A DNA stretch of 64,000 bases from an uncultured Acidobacteriota bacterium (GCA_963777605.1 CAVZRV010000007.1:992001-1056000); one strand, 5' to 3'. Positions 7,428 to 19,137 are shown, counted from the stretch's first letter. Translations and numbers: made by a program. The notes: a model not told the origin generated them from the letters alone.

Positions 7428-9470
7428 TTAATCGACAAGGATAATTTGATGGATCTCCAGACGTGGCAGCAGGGCGTGTACGACCCCGTCGGAGTATCGA
7501 AAGGGGAGAGACCCTCCTTCGGGGACAAGGGTCAGGCTGTCCGGCTTTCGAGGGGTACGGATTTCGATCGTAAGCGGGCCGACGGCGGGGATCTCGTCGA
7601 AAACGTTGACCTTTTCGTCGGCGTGGGGGCCGCCGGTGTTGACCAGGTTCAGGGCCAGCTTTCCGTTGACGCGATTCAGGGTGACATCGACGAAGTGGGA
7701 TCCGCGCACCGAGACCACGGGATCGGGAACGAGGCGGCGCACCACATCGGCCAGGAAATCCCGGCTGACTTCGGTACGGCTGTTGACGTAACGCTCTCCC
7801 AGATCGAGGTAAATGCCGGCGATTTTTCCGCCGCCCAGTTGCCGGATCGAAGCGGCCGGAAAGCCTTCGCCGACCGGATCGTTGACGGTTTCCGGATTTC
7901 GATTGAACACGGTGCCAGTCCCCTCTGTCCCCTCTTTGAGGTTGACCTCCTGAAACCGGGACTTGATTCCGGCCATCCGGTCCTGAAAGAAAAGACCGTT
8001 AACGAGATCCTCCGGTTCTCCGACGAAATCGACGCCGAGCTCATCCCGGAAGAGCCCTGTCGCACTCGGTCCGATGACCAGCAGATTTCCTCCGCGGCGG
8101 ACGTACTCGACGAGCTTGTCCCGGAACTCAGGCTCGATGGAGTCCCACTCGGGATAAACAAGAAGCGGGTACTCATCCATACGGCCCTCGAGCTGGTGCT
8201 CCATGACGATGTCTACGACGTTCTGAGACTCCAGCAGGCTCTGCAGGACACCGCGAAGAGGAACAAGTTCCCCGCCCCACGCGGCGAAGAGCTTCCGGTT
8301 GGTCCGGTAGAACGCTTTCCCTGAGTAGATCAAGCCAAGCTGGGGAACGGGGACCGCCCCTTGGCAGACCGACTGGCGCGCCCGGCAGAAACGGGCTACA
8401 TCGGCCATAAGGTCCATTTGCCAGAGCCGAATTGAGCCGTCCCGCTTCTGGGGAAAGTAGGCCTGAAAGCCGCCTCCGAGAGACAGTACCATCGCGGCTT
8501 CCTGCTTGAGTTGTACGGGGGACTTTGTGCTGTAGAGTCCGTCCGCCCAAGTGAAGCTCCAGGCCATCAGATCCCAGGGTTTCCCTTGGTAGACCATGCT
8601 TCTCCCCTCGAGGCGTGCGCTGTTGACACTGTTGCGGGCAGAGAAGTCGCCCGAGATGAAGTCGACCGGAACCGTCACCGGCTCGGGCATCATCGACGTG
8701 TACGCCCAGTTGCTGGCGATCTGAAAATCGGGATCGTGGCGGTGCAGGGTGTCTACGTAGTGCTTGAGGTAGTGCCGGAAGCCGTTCCTGCAGAAGTCGG
8801 AGAATTCAAGCCAGTGAGGCTGATCGGGCTCTTTGGGCACGGACTCGATTCCGGTTTCGCGGTGAAACCGCGCGAGGACGGCGGGCGCGTAATCTCTCTC
8901 CGTGGCCCAGCATTCACCATCCACCCATACGCCATCGACTTGATACTCATCGCGCAACTCCTCGAGCTGGGGGATGAGCAACTTGTCGACGTAAGGTCCG
9001 AAGACCGAAGTGAGTCGATCGTCAGATTTTCCGTCGGGGCCGATCCGGGCCCAATCCGGGTGTTTCTTGACGGCCTGGGCATCCCAGACTCCTGAATGGT
9101 GAACGTAAAGTGCAACGCCGTGACGTGCCGTGACCTCCCTGAAGATCCTTAGCGGGTCCTTCACAAAGCCGGGAGCCTGATTCCCGACCGTGGTGGGGTA
9201 GGAAGAGTAGCCCGGGTGGCCCTTACTGTCGACCTGGATGTAATCGGGATGGACTTTCTCGAGAACCTCTTCCACCATTTCGGGAGTGAGGTTGCGCCCG
9301 ATCTCGACCGAATCCTCTCCGGCATGGAAATCGAAATGAATACCCAGATAGCTCTCCGACCGTCGCAGTCGCTTCGAGGCCGATCCGGTTTGAGCGGCCC
9401 AGACAGCCAAAGTAAGCAGGCTGAGGGCGAATACTCCGGTCAAAATGCCATACCTGGTAAATCTCGCCAC
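7428..9470 (-). CDS. Secreted glycoside hydrolase, alpha-L-fucosidase-like (GH151/GHL6 type) with trimerization-like domain
   Basis: Signal peptide after GTG 9470 (GGGAG RBS); GIHFDFH, QVDSKGHPGYSSYPT, DGVWVDGE. Confidence 0.75.
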   Translation of the reverse strand: MARFTRYGILTGVFALSLLTLAVWAAQTGSASKRLRRSESYLGIHFDFHAGEDSVEIGRNLTPEMVEEVLEKVHPDYIQVDSKGHPGYSSYPTTVGNQAPGFVKDPLRIFREVTARHGVALYVHHSGVWDAQAVKKHPDWARIGPDGKSDDRLTSVFGPYVDKLLIPQLEELRDEYQVDGVWVDGECWATERDYAPAVLARFHRETGIESVPKEPDQPHWLEFSDFCRNGFRHYLKHYVDTLHRHDPDFQIASNWAYTSMMPEPVTVPVDFISGDFSARNSVNSARLEGRSMVYQGKPWDLMAWSFTWADGLYSTKSPVQLKQEAAMVLSLGGGFQAYFPQKRDGSIRLWQMDLMADVARFCRARQSVCQGAVPVPQLGLIYSGKAFYRTNRKLFAAWGGELVPLRGVLQSLLESQNVVDIVMEHQLEGRMDEYPLLVYPEWDSIEPEFRDKLVEYVRRGGNLLVIGPSATGLFRDELGVDFVGEPEDLVNGLFFQDRMAGIKSRFQEVNLKEGTEGTGTVFNRNPETVNDPVGEGFPAASIRQLGGGKIAGIYLDLGERYVNSRTEVSRDFLADVVRRLVPDPVVSVRGSHFVDVTLNRVNGKLALNLVNTGGPHADEKVNVFDEIPAVGPLTIEIRTPRKPDSLTLVPEGGSLPFRYSDGVVHALLPRLEIHQIILVD

Positions 9471-9544
9471 AGGCAACTCCCTGCCTTGTTCGACTGAGTT
9501 GAAGGGAGGCCGGCACCCGACCTCCCTGAGAGCCGTGCCGGCGG

Positions 9545-10906
9545 CTATCTTCGGACGTTCAGCCAAGTCTCGTAGCTGTTCACCTCGACAGGTTCCTGTT
9601 CCTCCTTTGGAACGCCGAGATACTCGGCCACGGACGGAACCAGCTTCGAGTACCAAATGGTCGCGTTTACAGTCACCTTGCCTTCCGGTATCGATTCAGG
9701 CAGGCGGAAAGTGTAGGTTTCGCTGACCGCTTTCAAAGGCGCAAGCCGATAATCGGGCCCGAGTTTTGCGGTGTGCCACTGGGCGATCGTCATGCGGCCT
9801 TCAGGATCAATGTAGGGAAGGCGGAAGATACGGTCTCCCTCGGGAACGCCGCCGTCGCGCAGGAGGCCCTTGAAATCGGCCAGACCCTTGATGTCCCCGA
9901 TATCCTGGTAGGCCAGCGCCGATGCGGATGCAATCGTCAACTCCTCTCCCTCAAAGCCCTTGGCATCGACGGGAAGGTGGTAGACGTTGCCGGCGGAATC
10001 GCGGGCTTCGACGTGGAGCCAGAGCAGGCGCTCCTCCGCGGAACCGCTGGGAACCATGTGCCCGGCCTTCGCGTTGACCACCACCGCGGTTACCTTCACT
10101 TCATCGCCCGGGCCGGCTTCGCGCACGGAGGGATGCGCCCGGACTTCTGCGACGCCGCGCAGTTTTCCGTCGTCATGCGCGCCATGGAAGAGGTGCTGAC
10201 GGACGTTGGGTCTATCCTTGCCCATTCCGGGGGCGCTGTTACCGGCGGCCGGCGGCATGTGGCAATCCTGGCAAACGATCCCGGCCTTGGCATGAGGGCT
10301 CTCTTTCCACTCCAGTTGGGTTGACTTCACCCAAACCCCGTAGGGATCCTTTTCATTGTGGCAGGTGCCGCAGAACTCGGTCGTCCGCAAGAACGGGTTG
10401 TCCTTAATCTTGTGAACCGGACTTTCATCATCCGAGTGAATACCCTGCTTGACGTCGCCCGGGGATATCACATAGTTGAAGTTAAAAGGAACATCCCCTT
10501 TGAACCCGGTGATGCTGTGACAGACTTCGCAGGAGACACTTTCGTTAGCCCGGGTTCCTTCTGCAGGACGGCTCGGCGGGATGTCTCCGGCGAGGAAGGC
10601 CAGCGGCGCATGACAGCCGTTGCAGCCGGCCTTGATTCCTGCCACCTTTTCCAGTTTCAGGCTGTGCGGCAGAGCCAATTCGAAGTACTCGATCTCATCC
10701 CAGGGGTGCGTGAAGCACTGAGACATCATGGCCTGTTCGTGCTGAAAGGTCAGGTCGACGTGGCACGAGGCGCAGGCGTCCGGCTCCTGGAAGCGCTCGT
10801 AGGGAACGGTGCCCATCGCTTCGTCACCGACCTTCTGGGCCCAAATCGGGCCACATAATACCAGAGCGATCGCCGCGGCGGCGGCGTATCTTGCGGATCT
10901 CATCAT
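9545..10906 (-). CDS. Periplasmic pentaheme c-type cytochrome (c554-like domain)
   Basis: Signal peptide and five CxxCH motifs: CASCH, CNGCH, CEVCH, CGTCH, CQDCH. Confidence 0.88.
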   Translation of the reverse strand: MMRSARYAAAAAIALVLCGPIWAQKVGDEAMGTVPYERFQEPDACASCHVDLTFQHEQAMMSQCFTHPWDEIEYFELALPHSLKLEKVAGIKAGCNGCHAPLAFLAGDIPPSRPAEGTRANESVSCEVCHSITGFKGDVPFNFNYVISPGDVKQGIHSDDESPVHKIKDNPFLRTTEFCGTCHNEKDPYGVWVKSTQLEWKESPHAKAGIVCQDCHMPPAAGNSAPGMGKDRPNVRQHLFHGAHDDGKLRGVAEVRAHPSVREAGPGDEVKVTAVVVNAKAGHMVPSGSAEERLLWLHVEARDSAGNVYHLPVDAKGFEGEELTIASASALAYQDIGDIKGLADFKGLLRDGGVPEGDRIFRLPYIDPEGRMTIAQWHTAKLGPDYRLAPLKAVSETYTFRLPESIPEGKVTVNATIWYSKLVPSVAEYLGVPKEEQEPVEVNSYETWLNVRR

Positions 10907-10952
10907 GATGTTCCCTCCCCTCAGTCAAGCATCCAAACGGCGCAGGATGGAC

Positions 10953-13215
10953 CTATTTTGTGGCCCGCCCCAGTTCCTGCGCATCAACCACAGCGATGGC
11001 AGCCATGTTGACAATGTCCTTCGCCTCGAATCCGTGCTGGAGGACATGGACCGGCTTCTTCATCCCGACCAGGATCGGCCCGATCGCTTCGGCACCCCCA
11101 AGGCGCTGAAGCAGCTTGTAAGCGATATTTGCCGACTGAAGGTCGGGGAAGATGAGGACGTTGGCCGATTTGGTCAGGCTACTGAACGAGTAGTGTTTCT
11201 CGATGAGGTCGTGAAATACGGCGGTGTCGGCCTGCATTTCACCGTCGATCATCAGATCAGGCGCCTTCTGCTTGACCAGTCGGGTTGCCTCCCGGACCTT
11301 GTCAACAAGCGGATGGCGGACACTGCCGAAGTTCGAAAAGGAAAGCATGGCGACTCTGGGTTCCACGTTGAAGCGGCGAGCCACTTCGGCCGTCAGAATG
11401 GCGATTTCGGCCAGTTCCGGTGCCGTGGGATCGATGTTGACCGTGGTGTCGGCGAAAAAGTAGGTGTGGTCCTTGAGGACCATCATGAACAGGCCCACGA
11501 CTCGACTGCAGTCTTCCCGGGTCTGGATGATCTGCAGCGCCGGTCGGAGGGTGTCGGGATAATGCTGGCTGATACCGCAGACAAGGGCGTCTGCGTCCCC
11601 CTGCTGGACCATCATTGCGCCGAACACGGTCTTGTTTTTGAGCATGCGCCGGGCATCGGTCAGCGTGACACCCTTTCGTTCACGCAGTTTGAAAAGGGCC
11701 TCGGCATATTGTTCGGCCTTCTCGGGAGGCATCCGGGTCAACAATTTCGATATCGCTGAGCCGCAATTCGTGCTGCAGAATCAGTTCCTGCATTCGGTCA
11801 TTGCGTCCCAGCAGAACGGGCTGGGCGAATTTCTCGTCGACGATGATCTGGCTCGCCCGGAGCACCGTCTCGTGTTCCCCTTCCGGAAAAACCACCCGCT
11901 TGGGGTCTCGGCGCGCCTGGTTGATCATGAGCCGCATGACTTCGCGGGATCTCCCGAGCCGTCGCTCGAGGTCCTCCCGGTATTGTTCGATATCGATCGT
12001 GCGGCGGGCAACGCCGGTTCTCATAGCCGCTTCGGCAACAGCGGCGGATTCGACGATGAGAACGCGATGGTCGAACGGCTTGGGGATCAGGTAGTCCGGG
12101 CCAAAATGAAGCCGCTCAATCCCGTATGCTTTCGTCACCGACTCGGGTACATCCTCGCGGGCCAATGAAGCCAGGGCGTGGGTCGCCGCGAGCTTCATTT
12201 CCTCATTGATCGCGGTTGCCCGTACATCCAGGGCGCCACGGAAAATGAACGGAAATCCGAGGACGTTGTTAACCTGGTTCGGGTAATCGGAACGACCCGT
12301 TGCCATGATGGTGTCGGGTCGTGCCGTCATTGCCTCTTCGTAGGTGATTTCCGGGTCAGGGTTGGCCAGGGCAAAAACGATCGGGCGCTCGTTCATGGTC
12401 CGGAGCATTTCGCCGGTCACGCAGTTCGCGATGGACAACCCGACAAAGACATCCGCCCCCTTCAGGGCTTCTGAAAGCGTTCGGGCGTCGGTGTCGTTGG
12501 CCAGCGCCTCCTTGTACGGGTTCATCCCAACGGTACGACCGCGGAAAACGGTCCCCTTCGAGTCGCAAAGGATCAGGTTCTCGGGGCGAACACCAAGAGA
12601 GATGTAGTACTTGGCACAGGCGATTCCGCTCGCACCCGCTCCATTGAATACCACGCGGACGTCCTCAATCGGTTTGCCCGCAATCTCCAGGGCATTCAAG
12701 AGAGCTGCTCCCGAGATAATGGCGGTCCCGTGCTGATCGTCGTGGAAAACGGGGATAGTGAGGAGTTCCTTCAGGCGTTCTTCAATGCGAAAACATTCCG
12801 GCGCCTTGATGTCTTCCAGGTTAATTCCTCCAAAAGTTGGCTCCAACAGCTGGACGGTCCGGATGATCTCCTCGGGGTCCAGACTGTTGAGCTCGATGTC
12901 GAAGACGTCGATGTCTGCAAATCTCTTGAAGAGAACAGCCTTCCCTTCCATGACCGGCTTCCCTGCAGCCGGACCGATATCCCCCAGCCCGAGCACCGCT
13001 GTTCCGTTGGAAATGACGGCAACCAGGTTGCCCTTGGCGGTATATTCGAATACATCATCGGGGTTTTCGTGGATCTTGAGGCAGGGAACGGCTACTCCCG
13101 GCGTGTACGCCAGAGAGAGGTCCCTCTGTGTTAAACAGGGTTTACTCGCAGTGACTTCAATCTTTCCCTTGCGACCCTCGCTGTGGTATTCGAGGGCTTC
13201 CTTTTCCCTGATCAT
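10953..13215 (-). CDS. maeB: NADP-dependent malic enzyme with PTA domain; frameshift near 11730
   Basis: [37 protein letters not shown]; the PTA domain (DGEMQAD, ANIAYKL) continues in ORF 10953-11744. Confidence 0.9.
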
Positions 13216-13427
13216 GGTAGAACCTCCTACACCTTATCTTTGATCGCGCTAGCGACAACTGCAAGCGTTTTGTCGGCCATTCTCGTGAAAAGGCCAAGGG
13301 CACGCGATTGAAAGGGCGGCACAGTCGGAAGGTGACGCAGGGATGACCCGGGTTGGGGCATTTCACCCGAGTCACTCGTCAATGTTGGTCTCAAGTTCGG
13401 ACCCGAGGAGAAGCAGGAACCGGACAG

Positions 13428-13808
13428 TCACTCGGCCAAGAAATCAATCACGAACACATCATCGACAACAGGGCCGACCAGCTTGCCAAACGCCTTGTGG
13501 GCCGGGTGAACGAGATATGCATCCCGGTCCTTCTCATTCCTGAAGGTCAGGATGAAGCAGTGGGTGAATCCCTTGTTCAGGTTCTCCGGGCTGATGTTGG
13601 TTCCGGTCTCAAAGGAGACAATCGTGTCAATGCTGTTTTTCAGATTGCCGAATTCATCGACCACCTTGTCGATCTGACTCTGGTCCGTATTCGCCTTGAA
13701 CTTGAACGCAACCACATGGCGCACGGTACCGGCAGACTCCTCGGCCGGAGAAGCAAAGAACGCGATGCTGAACAGCGCAAGCAGAGCGATAGGAATGAAT
13801 CGGTGCAT
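13428..13808 (-). CDS. Dabb family stress-responsive A/B barrel protein with signal peptide
   Basis: RHVVAFKFK...GFTHCFILTF...YLVHPAH...VIDF. Confidence 0.85.
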   Translation of the reverse strand: MHRFIPIALLALFSIAFFASPAEESAGTVRHVVAFKFKANTDQSQIDKVVDEFGNLKNSIDTIVSFETGTNISPENLNKGFTHCFILTFRNEKDRDAYLVHPAHKAFGKLVGPVVDDVFVIDFLAE

Positions 13809-14060
13809 GAAAATCCCCCCAGTTCGAAACTCGGAAAGACGATACACTGAAGCCTTTCCGTCTTCAAGCGACCGAGTCAAACTCTGGCTGCCCTACCGGG
13901 AGCAGTGCTACTGGGCGTCGGTCGGGCTCTCGAGTATCAAGACCTGGTCGTGGTCGAGAACCGGATCGATTATAGCGGTGGGACTTCCGGCAAGTCGGAT
14001 GCCATCGGTGACAGCGTTGACCTGGTCCACCTTCACATCCAGCCTGCGAAAGAACCTGGG

Positions 14061-15972
14061 CTATTCGACGGGTGCGCTCTTACGGGCGTCGAGGTCGCCC
14101 CACCGTTGGTAGAGCGTTTCGAGTTCTTCCTCGAGGCGGTGCCACCTGAAGGTGATCTCAGAGACTGATTCGGCGCGCTCCTGGTAGAGTTCAGCTGAGG
14201 TCATCAGGGCATTCAGACGCTCCCGCTCCCGCTCCAGTTCCTCGATTTTCCCGGGCAGCGCCTCGAGTTCCCGTTCCTCCTTGTAGGACAACTTGGAGGA
14301 AGTCTTCGATGGGACCGCTTTGCGGGCTCGTGCGGATTTCTTCAGGGGATTCGGAGTGGGGGTCGCGTAAACCTGATTGGCACGACGGCCCCGCCAATCA
14401 TCGTAGCCACCCACGTATTCAACCAGGTTCCCGGGGGACTCGAAGACGAGGCAACTGGTGACGGCGTTGTTCAGAAAGGTTCTGTCGTGGCTCACCAGCA
14501 GAAGTGTTCCAGGGTACCCGACGAGCAGTTCTTCGAGCATTTCGAGGGTTTCGACATCGAGATCATTGGTGGGCTCGTCCATGACCAGAACGTTTGCCGG
14601 ACGGGCAAACAGGCGTGCGAGCAGGAGCCGGTTCCTTTCCCCTCCAGACAGGGCCCGTGCCTGCATTCGAGCCCGGTCGGGAGGGAACAGGAAGTCTTCG
14701 AGGTAACCGTAGAGATGCCTGGTCTTGCCACCGGTTGAGATCTGGTGACGGCCGTCAGCGACGTTGTCGGCGACAGTCTTCTCATCATCGATCTGGGAGC
14801 GCATCTGGTCGAAGTAGGATACCTCCAGGCCCGTGCCCAGCTGGACTCTTCCGGAAAGGGGCGGAAGGAGACCGAGCAGGAGCCTGATAAGCGTTGTCTT
14901 TCCAATGCCGTTCGGCCCGACGATACCAATCTTGTCACCCCGGACAAGCGTGGTCGAGAAGTCCCTGACGATCGGAAGATCCTGCCAGGAGAAACTGATG
15001 TTCTCGACGCGGGCCACCAGCTTGCCCGATCGGGCCCCCTCGTCGAGTTGGAGGTTTACGCTGCCGATTTCCTCTCGAAACCTTCGCCGCTCGTCCCGCA
15101 TATCCTCGAGGGCGCGGACCCTCCCTTCGTTGCGGGTGCGTCGGGCTTTGATTCCCTGTCTGATCCAGGCTTCTTCCTGGGCCAGCCTTTTCTCGAAACG
15201 TCTCAGCTCAACCGCTTCAGCGTTCAGAAGGTCTTCCCGCCGGCGCAGGTAGTTCTGGTAATCCCCCGGCCAGTCGGTCAATCGCCCCCGGTCCAGTTCG
15301 AGGATGCGGTTGGCAACGTTCTGCAGGAAGCTCCGATCATGTGTGACAAAGAGGACCGCCCCCTTATATTCGTTGAGATCTTCTTCCAGCCAGGTTATCG
15401 AATCTATGTCGAGGTGATTGGTCGGTTCGTCCAGGAGGAGAATTTCAGGTTCGGTCACTAGCGCCTGGGCAAGCAGCGTCCTTCGCTTGACGCCTCCGGA
15501 GAGCTCATCGAACTGGGAGTCGGCGGGAAGCTTGAGCCTGGAGATAATGGTCTCGACCATCTGTTCGGTTCGCCAGCCGTTGGCCGCTTCCAGCTCGCTC
15601 TGAATTTCGCCAAGGGTCTCGAAGTTTCGCTCCACCGGGGTCAGCCTGGAGCCGGGAACTGGCCGCGTGATAGGCGCGAACGAGGTTGCCGATCGACCCA
15701 AGTCCCTCCGAGACAATCTCAAAAACGGTTCCGGAAACGTCCTCCGGAACCTCTTGGGCAAGACGGGCGATCCGGACCGACTTTTGAACCGACCGCTCTC
15801 CCGCTTCAGCGGCAATTTCCCCCGAGATGATCTTCAATAGAGTGGACTTGCCGGTGCCGTTTCGCCCCAGTAGACAGACTCTTTCCCCCCGATCCAGGGT
15901 CAGGTCCACTTGATCGAGAAGTGGAGGGCCACCAAATGCAAGTTGGATATCTTTCAGACTGATCAGGGGCAT
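14061..15972 (-). CDS. uup: ABC-F family ATPase Uup; frameshift near 15630
   Basis: Two ABC domains (GRNGTGKST / LSGG / LLLDEPTNHLD and GPNGIGKT / LSGGERNR), EEAWIRQGIKARRTRNEGRVR linker, KLSYKEERELE C-terminal domain. Confidence 0.88.
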
Positions 15973-16205
15973 AAGCAACCAGGGAAAGACCGGAGCTCAA
16001 TCGTCAGCTTCGAACGGATGGTCTAAATTTGGTCCCATTACCCAGATTAGCACGGCAATCCCCGCCATCCCTCATTACGCCTCCCTGGAGCGGTCCTTAA
16101 GTCCGAGCCATTCTCGGGGAAGACTTGTGTCCTCCTACCGTCCGCCTGTTGTGGTAGCCTCCAAGCAGGCGGGTCCCCATCAGGAGGGGCCGTCGGAGAT
16201 GGACC

Positions 16206-16523
16206 ATGAAGGCTATCGCAGATATCTGTATCGTTCCGATCGGAGTGGGAGTCAGCCTGTCCAGGTACGTGGCAGCGTGTGAGGAAGTGATCCGGGGAAG
16301 CGGGTTGAAGGTGCAATTGCACGCGTACGGGACCAACGTCGAGGGAGACTGGGATGAGGTCATGGCAGTCCTCAAGCGTTGCCATGAGGTCGTCCATGAA
16401 ATGGGTGCACCGAGGATCACCACGACGGTCAAGGTGGGTACCCGGGTTGATCGGGACCAGTCGATGACGGACAAAATTGAGAGCGTGGAGCAGAAGCTGA
16501 AGGAGGGCAGGGTCTGTGAGTAG
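16206..16523 (+). CDS. MTH1187 family thiamine-binding protein
   Basis: IVPIGVGVSLSRYVA...HAYGTNVEG...GTRVDR. Confidence 0.88.
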   Translation: MKAIADICIVPIGVGVSLSRYVAACEEVIRGSGLKVQLHAYGTNVEGDWDEVMAVLKRCHEVVHEMGAPRITTTVKVGTRVDRDQSMTDKIESVEQKLKEGRVCE

Positions 16524-16559
16524 TCGCGGGCTCCCAAGGGGCTGGACGGGGAGGACGAA

Positions 16560-17483
16560 GTGAGCTGGCAAGTCAGGAAACATACGCTACCTTTCGTTGC
16601 ACTCGTGGTTCTTCTGTTAGCACTGAACTGTCCAACGGCCGTTTTGGTCGCTGCGGATCACCTCGTCAAAGTCAGCTATGAAGCCCGTTCCCTTCAGCCC
16701 GGAGAGCTTGCGGTACTGACGGTAGAAGCTCCGGCCATGATCGAAGGCGGCGTTGCCGACATTTTCGGCAAAAGCTTTCCCCTTTTCAGAGTTTCCGACA
16801 ACAATGTCTATGAGGGACTGGTTGGCCTTGACCTGAACCTGGATCCTGGTACTTACACGTTGAAGGTTCACGGCCGCCTGAAAGGAGAGCCCTTCGAGGT
16901 TTCCGAAGCCCTCACGGTCAAGTCCAAGAAGTTCCCGGTACGCCGGATTACGGTGGACGAGAAATTCGCCAACCCTCCCGCCTTGGTGATGCAGCGGATC
17001 GAGCGGGAGCAGGCACTGGTCAACGGGATTCTCTCGAAGACGACGCCGCGGAGGTACTGGGACGGGACATTTGTCCGGCCGGTCCCCGGAGCGGCATCGA
17101 GCAGCTTCGGGAAACGCAGCATCGTGAATGGACAGGCGCGCAGTCCGCACAGCGGGACGGATTTCAAGGCATCGGCCGGAACTCCGATTCATGCCCCGAA
17201 TGCCGGCAGGATCGCCCTGGCTCAGGACCTCTACTTCGCCGGGAACACGGTGATCATCGACCACGGGCTCGGGCTCTACACCTACTTTGCCCATCTCTCG
17301 AAGTTCGAGGTGAAGCAGGGTGACCAGGTAGAAAAGGGACAGGTTGTCGGGCTGGTCGGTTCCACGGGAAGAGTGACCGGCCCCCATCTGCACTGGACGG
17401 CCCGCCTCGTGGGAGCCAGGATTGACCCCCTCTCCATCCTTGAGCTGCTGGGAGACCCCGGCGCTATCGACTCAGCACGCTGA
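16560..17483 (+). CDS. M23 family metallopeptidase
   Basis: HSGTDF, IIDHG, HLS, STGRVTGPHLHW; signal peptide. Confidence 0.92.
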   Translation: MSWQVRKHTLPFVALVVLLLALNCPTAVLVAADHLVKVSYEARSLQPGELAVLTVEAPAMIEGGVADIFGKSFPLFRVSDNNVYEGLVGLDLNLDPGTYTLKVHGRLKGEPFEVSEALTVKSKKFPVRRITVDEKFANPPALVMQRIEREQALVNGILSKTTPRRYWDGTFVRPVPGAASSSFGKRSIVNGQARSPHSGTDFKASAGTPIHAPNAGRIALAQDLYFAGNTVIIDHGLGLYTYFAHLSKFEVKQGDQVEKGQVVGLVGSTGRVTGPHLHWTARLVGARIDPLSILELLGDPGAIDSAR

Positions 17484-19113
17484 CGACCAGCAGCGTGAGA
17501 TCATCATACTGACGCGCGTTGCCGACAAAGCCGGAAACGGACCGCTGGATGGATTCCAGAATTCCCTGGGCGTTTCCCTCGTCGGCGGGAATCTCGGAAA
17601 CGGCCAGGCACAGGCGCTCGTCGCCGAACATTCCTTCCTGTTCGTTTTGGGCCTCTACGACTCCGTCGGTGAACATGACCAGGTGGTCTCCCTCAGAGAG
17701 CTGAACCGTTCCGGCCTTGAAGGTGAAGTCCTTTCTGAATCCGACGATTGGGCCTCCTTCGGTGAGCATCGAGACCGTCCCTTTCTGGAAAAGAAACGGG
17801 GGATTGTGCCCAGCATTGACGTAGGTCAGGATGCCTGATGGAATGTCGAGTTCGCCGTAGAAGAGAGTCACAAAACGGTTGTCCGGAGCATCATCCACGA
17901 AGCCGTTGTTCAACAGGGCAATCGTCTCATCGACCCGGGCCCGGTGCCGAATTTGGTTGCGCAGCATCGAGCGGAGACTCGCCATCAGCAACGCAGCGGA
18001 GAATCCCTTTCCACTGATATCCGCGACAACAAGGGCGCAGGTGGTTTCGTCGAGAGGAATGACGTCGAAGTAGTCACCGCCCACTTGTGCCGCCGGTTCA
18101 CTGTACCCGGCAAAGACGAAACCGGGGTAGGCGGGCATGTTCTTGGGCAGGAATCCAAGCTGGATAGAACGGGCCAGGCTGATCTCTCGATCCAGCCTTT
18201 GTTTTTCCAGTGCTTCCCGGTGCAATCGGGCGCGCTCGATCGCGATCGCAGCCTGATCGGACAGTGCCGAGAAGATGGGGAGGTCATCCTCGGCGAAACG
18301 ATCCCCTCCAAACCGGTTGAGGGCCTGCAGGACGCCGATGATTTGTCCGTCGGCATCGTGCATCGGAACACAGATCAGGTTTCGAGTTCGAAATCCTGCC
18401 TTGGAAATCTCACCGAAGAAGCGAGGATCCCGTTCGACATCAGGTACGATCAGCGCCGCCTTGTTGGTGACGACCCAACCTGCGAAGCCCTTCCCGGCGG
18501 GGATGCGCAAGCCGGAAATTTCGGCGCGGGCCGGGCCGGTCGGAACGGCAATTTCCAGCTCCCCGGATTCCCGATCCAGGAGCATCAAGGAACTGGCCTC
18601 CGCCCGCATGATTTCCTTGGCAGCTTCCATAATTTCCGCCAGCAGATGTTCCAGCGTTACAGAAGAATTGATTCGGGCTGAAATTTCCACAAGGTGACTC
18701 AGGCGGACGCTCGTCGAGGCCCAGGTCACCCAACTGTTATTTCCTCCGATGAGACGACCGAACTTCGCCAGATAGCGACTTTGATCCCTGGCAACGAGAA
18801 ACGGGGAGAGGCGAACGGCGATTGCCGACTCCTCGGCGGGTTCTGTGGCCAGGACCTTAATCCAGCAGGGTGTGGCAGGGGGGGCTTCGGCAACTCCTGT
18901 GCCTGATTCCAGCAGAACGGCCCCCAGTCGGACGTGAAACTTCAACGAGGTGTTGGCAGGTGGAAGAGAGCGTAACATCCCCTGCAGTTGGGCGAGGTTG
19001 CCCGCCACAGCCAGGAGCTGCCCGGTGGTCTGCCGGGGCCGTCCGTCCTCAACCCAGAACAAGTCGAGCGTCACTCCAGGGGAAAAGTGGAACAACTCGT
19101 CGAGGTTGTCCAT
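17464..19113 (-). CDS. GAF-domain SpoIIE/PP2C serine phosphatase (RsbU-like)
   Basis: GAF domain followed by VGGDYFD, ADISGKG, NAGHNPP, FTDGV, DDLTL. Confidence 0.9.
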   Translation of the reverse strand: MDNLDELFHFSPGVTLDLFWVEDGRPRQTTGQLLAVAGNLAQLQGMLRSLPPANTSLKFHVRLGAVLLESGTGVAEAPPATPCWIKVLATEPAEESAIAVRLSPFLVARDQSRYLAKFGRLIGGNNSWVTWASTSVRLSHLVEISARINSSVTLEHLLAEIMEAAKEIMRAEASSLMLLDRESGELEIAVPTGPARAEISGLRIPAGKGFAGWVVTNKAALIVPDVERDPRFFGEISKAGFRTRNLICVPMHDADGQIIGVLQALNRFGGDRFAEDDLPIFSALSDQAAIAIERARLHREALEKQRLDREISLARSIQLGFLPKNMPAYPGFVFAGYSEPAAQVGGDYFDVIPLDETTCALVVADISGKGFSAALLMASLRSMLRNQIRHRARVDETIALLNNGFVDDAPDNRFVTLFYGELDIPSGILTYVNAGHNPPFLFQKGTVSMLTEGGPIVGFRKDFTFKAGTVQLSEGDHLVMFTDGVVEAQNEQEGMFGDERLCLAVSEIPADEGNAQGILESIQRSVSGFVGNARQYDDLTLLVVSVLSR

Positions 19114-19137
19114 CGGGGAAATAGTAACAAAATGCAG

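Noticed and set aside
11680-11744. Programmed frameshift or naturally split maeB
   Set aside because: No slippery heptamer seen, and similar isolated indels occur throughout the window
13908-14063. TAG read-through extension of Uup (PRFFRRLDVKVDQVNAVTDG...)
   Set aside because: Uup is already full length at the TAG, and a 50-codon open frame is expected by chance at this GC content
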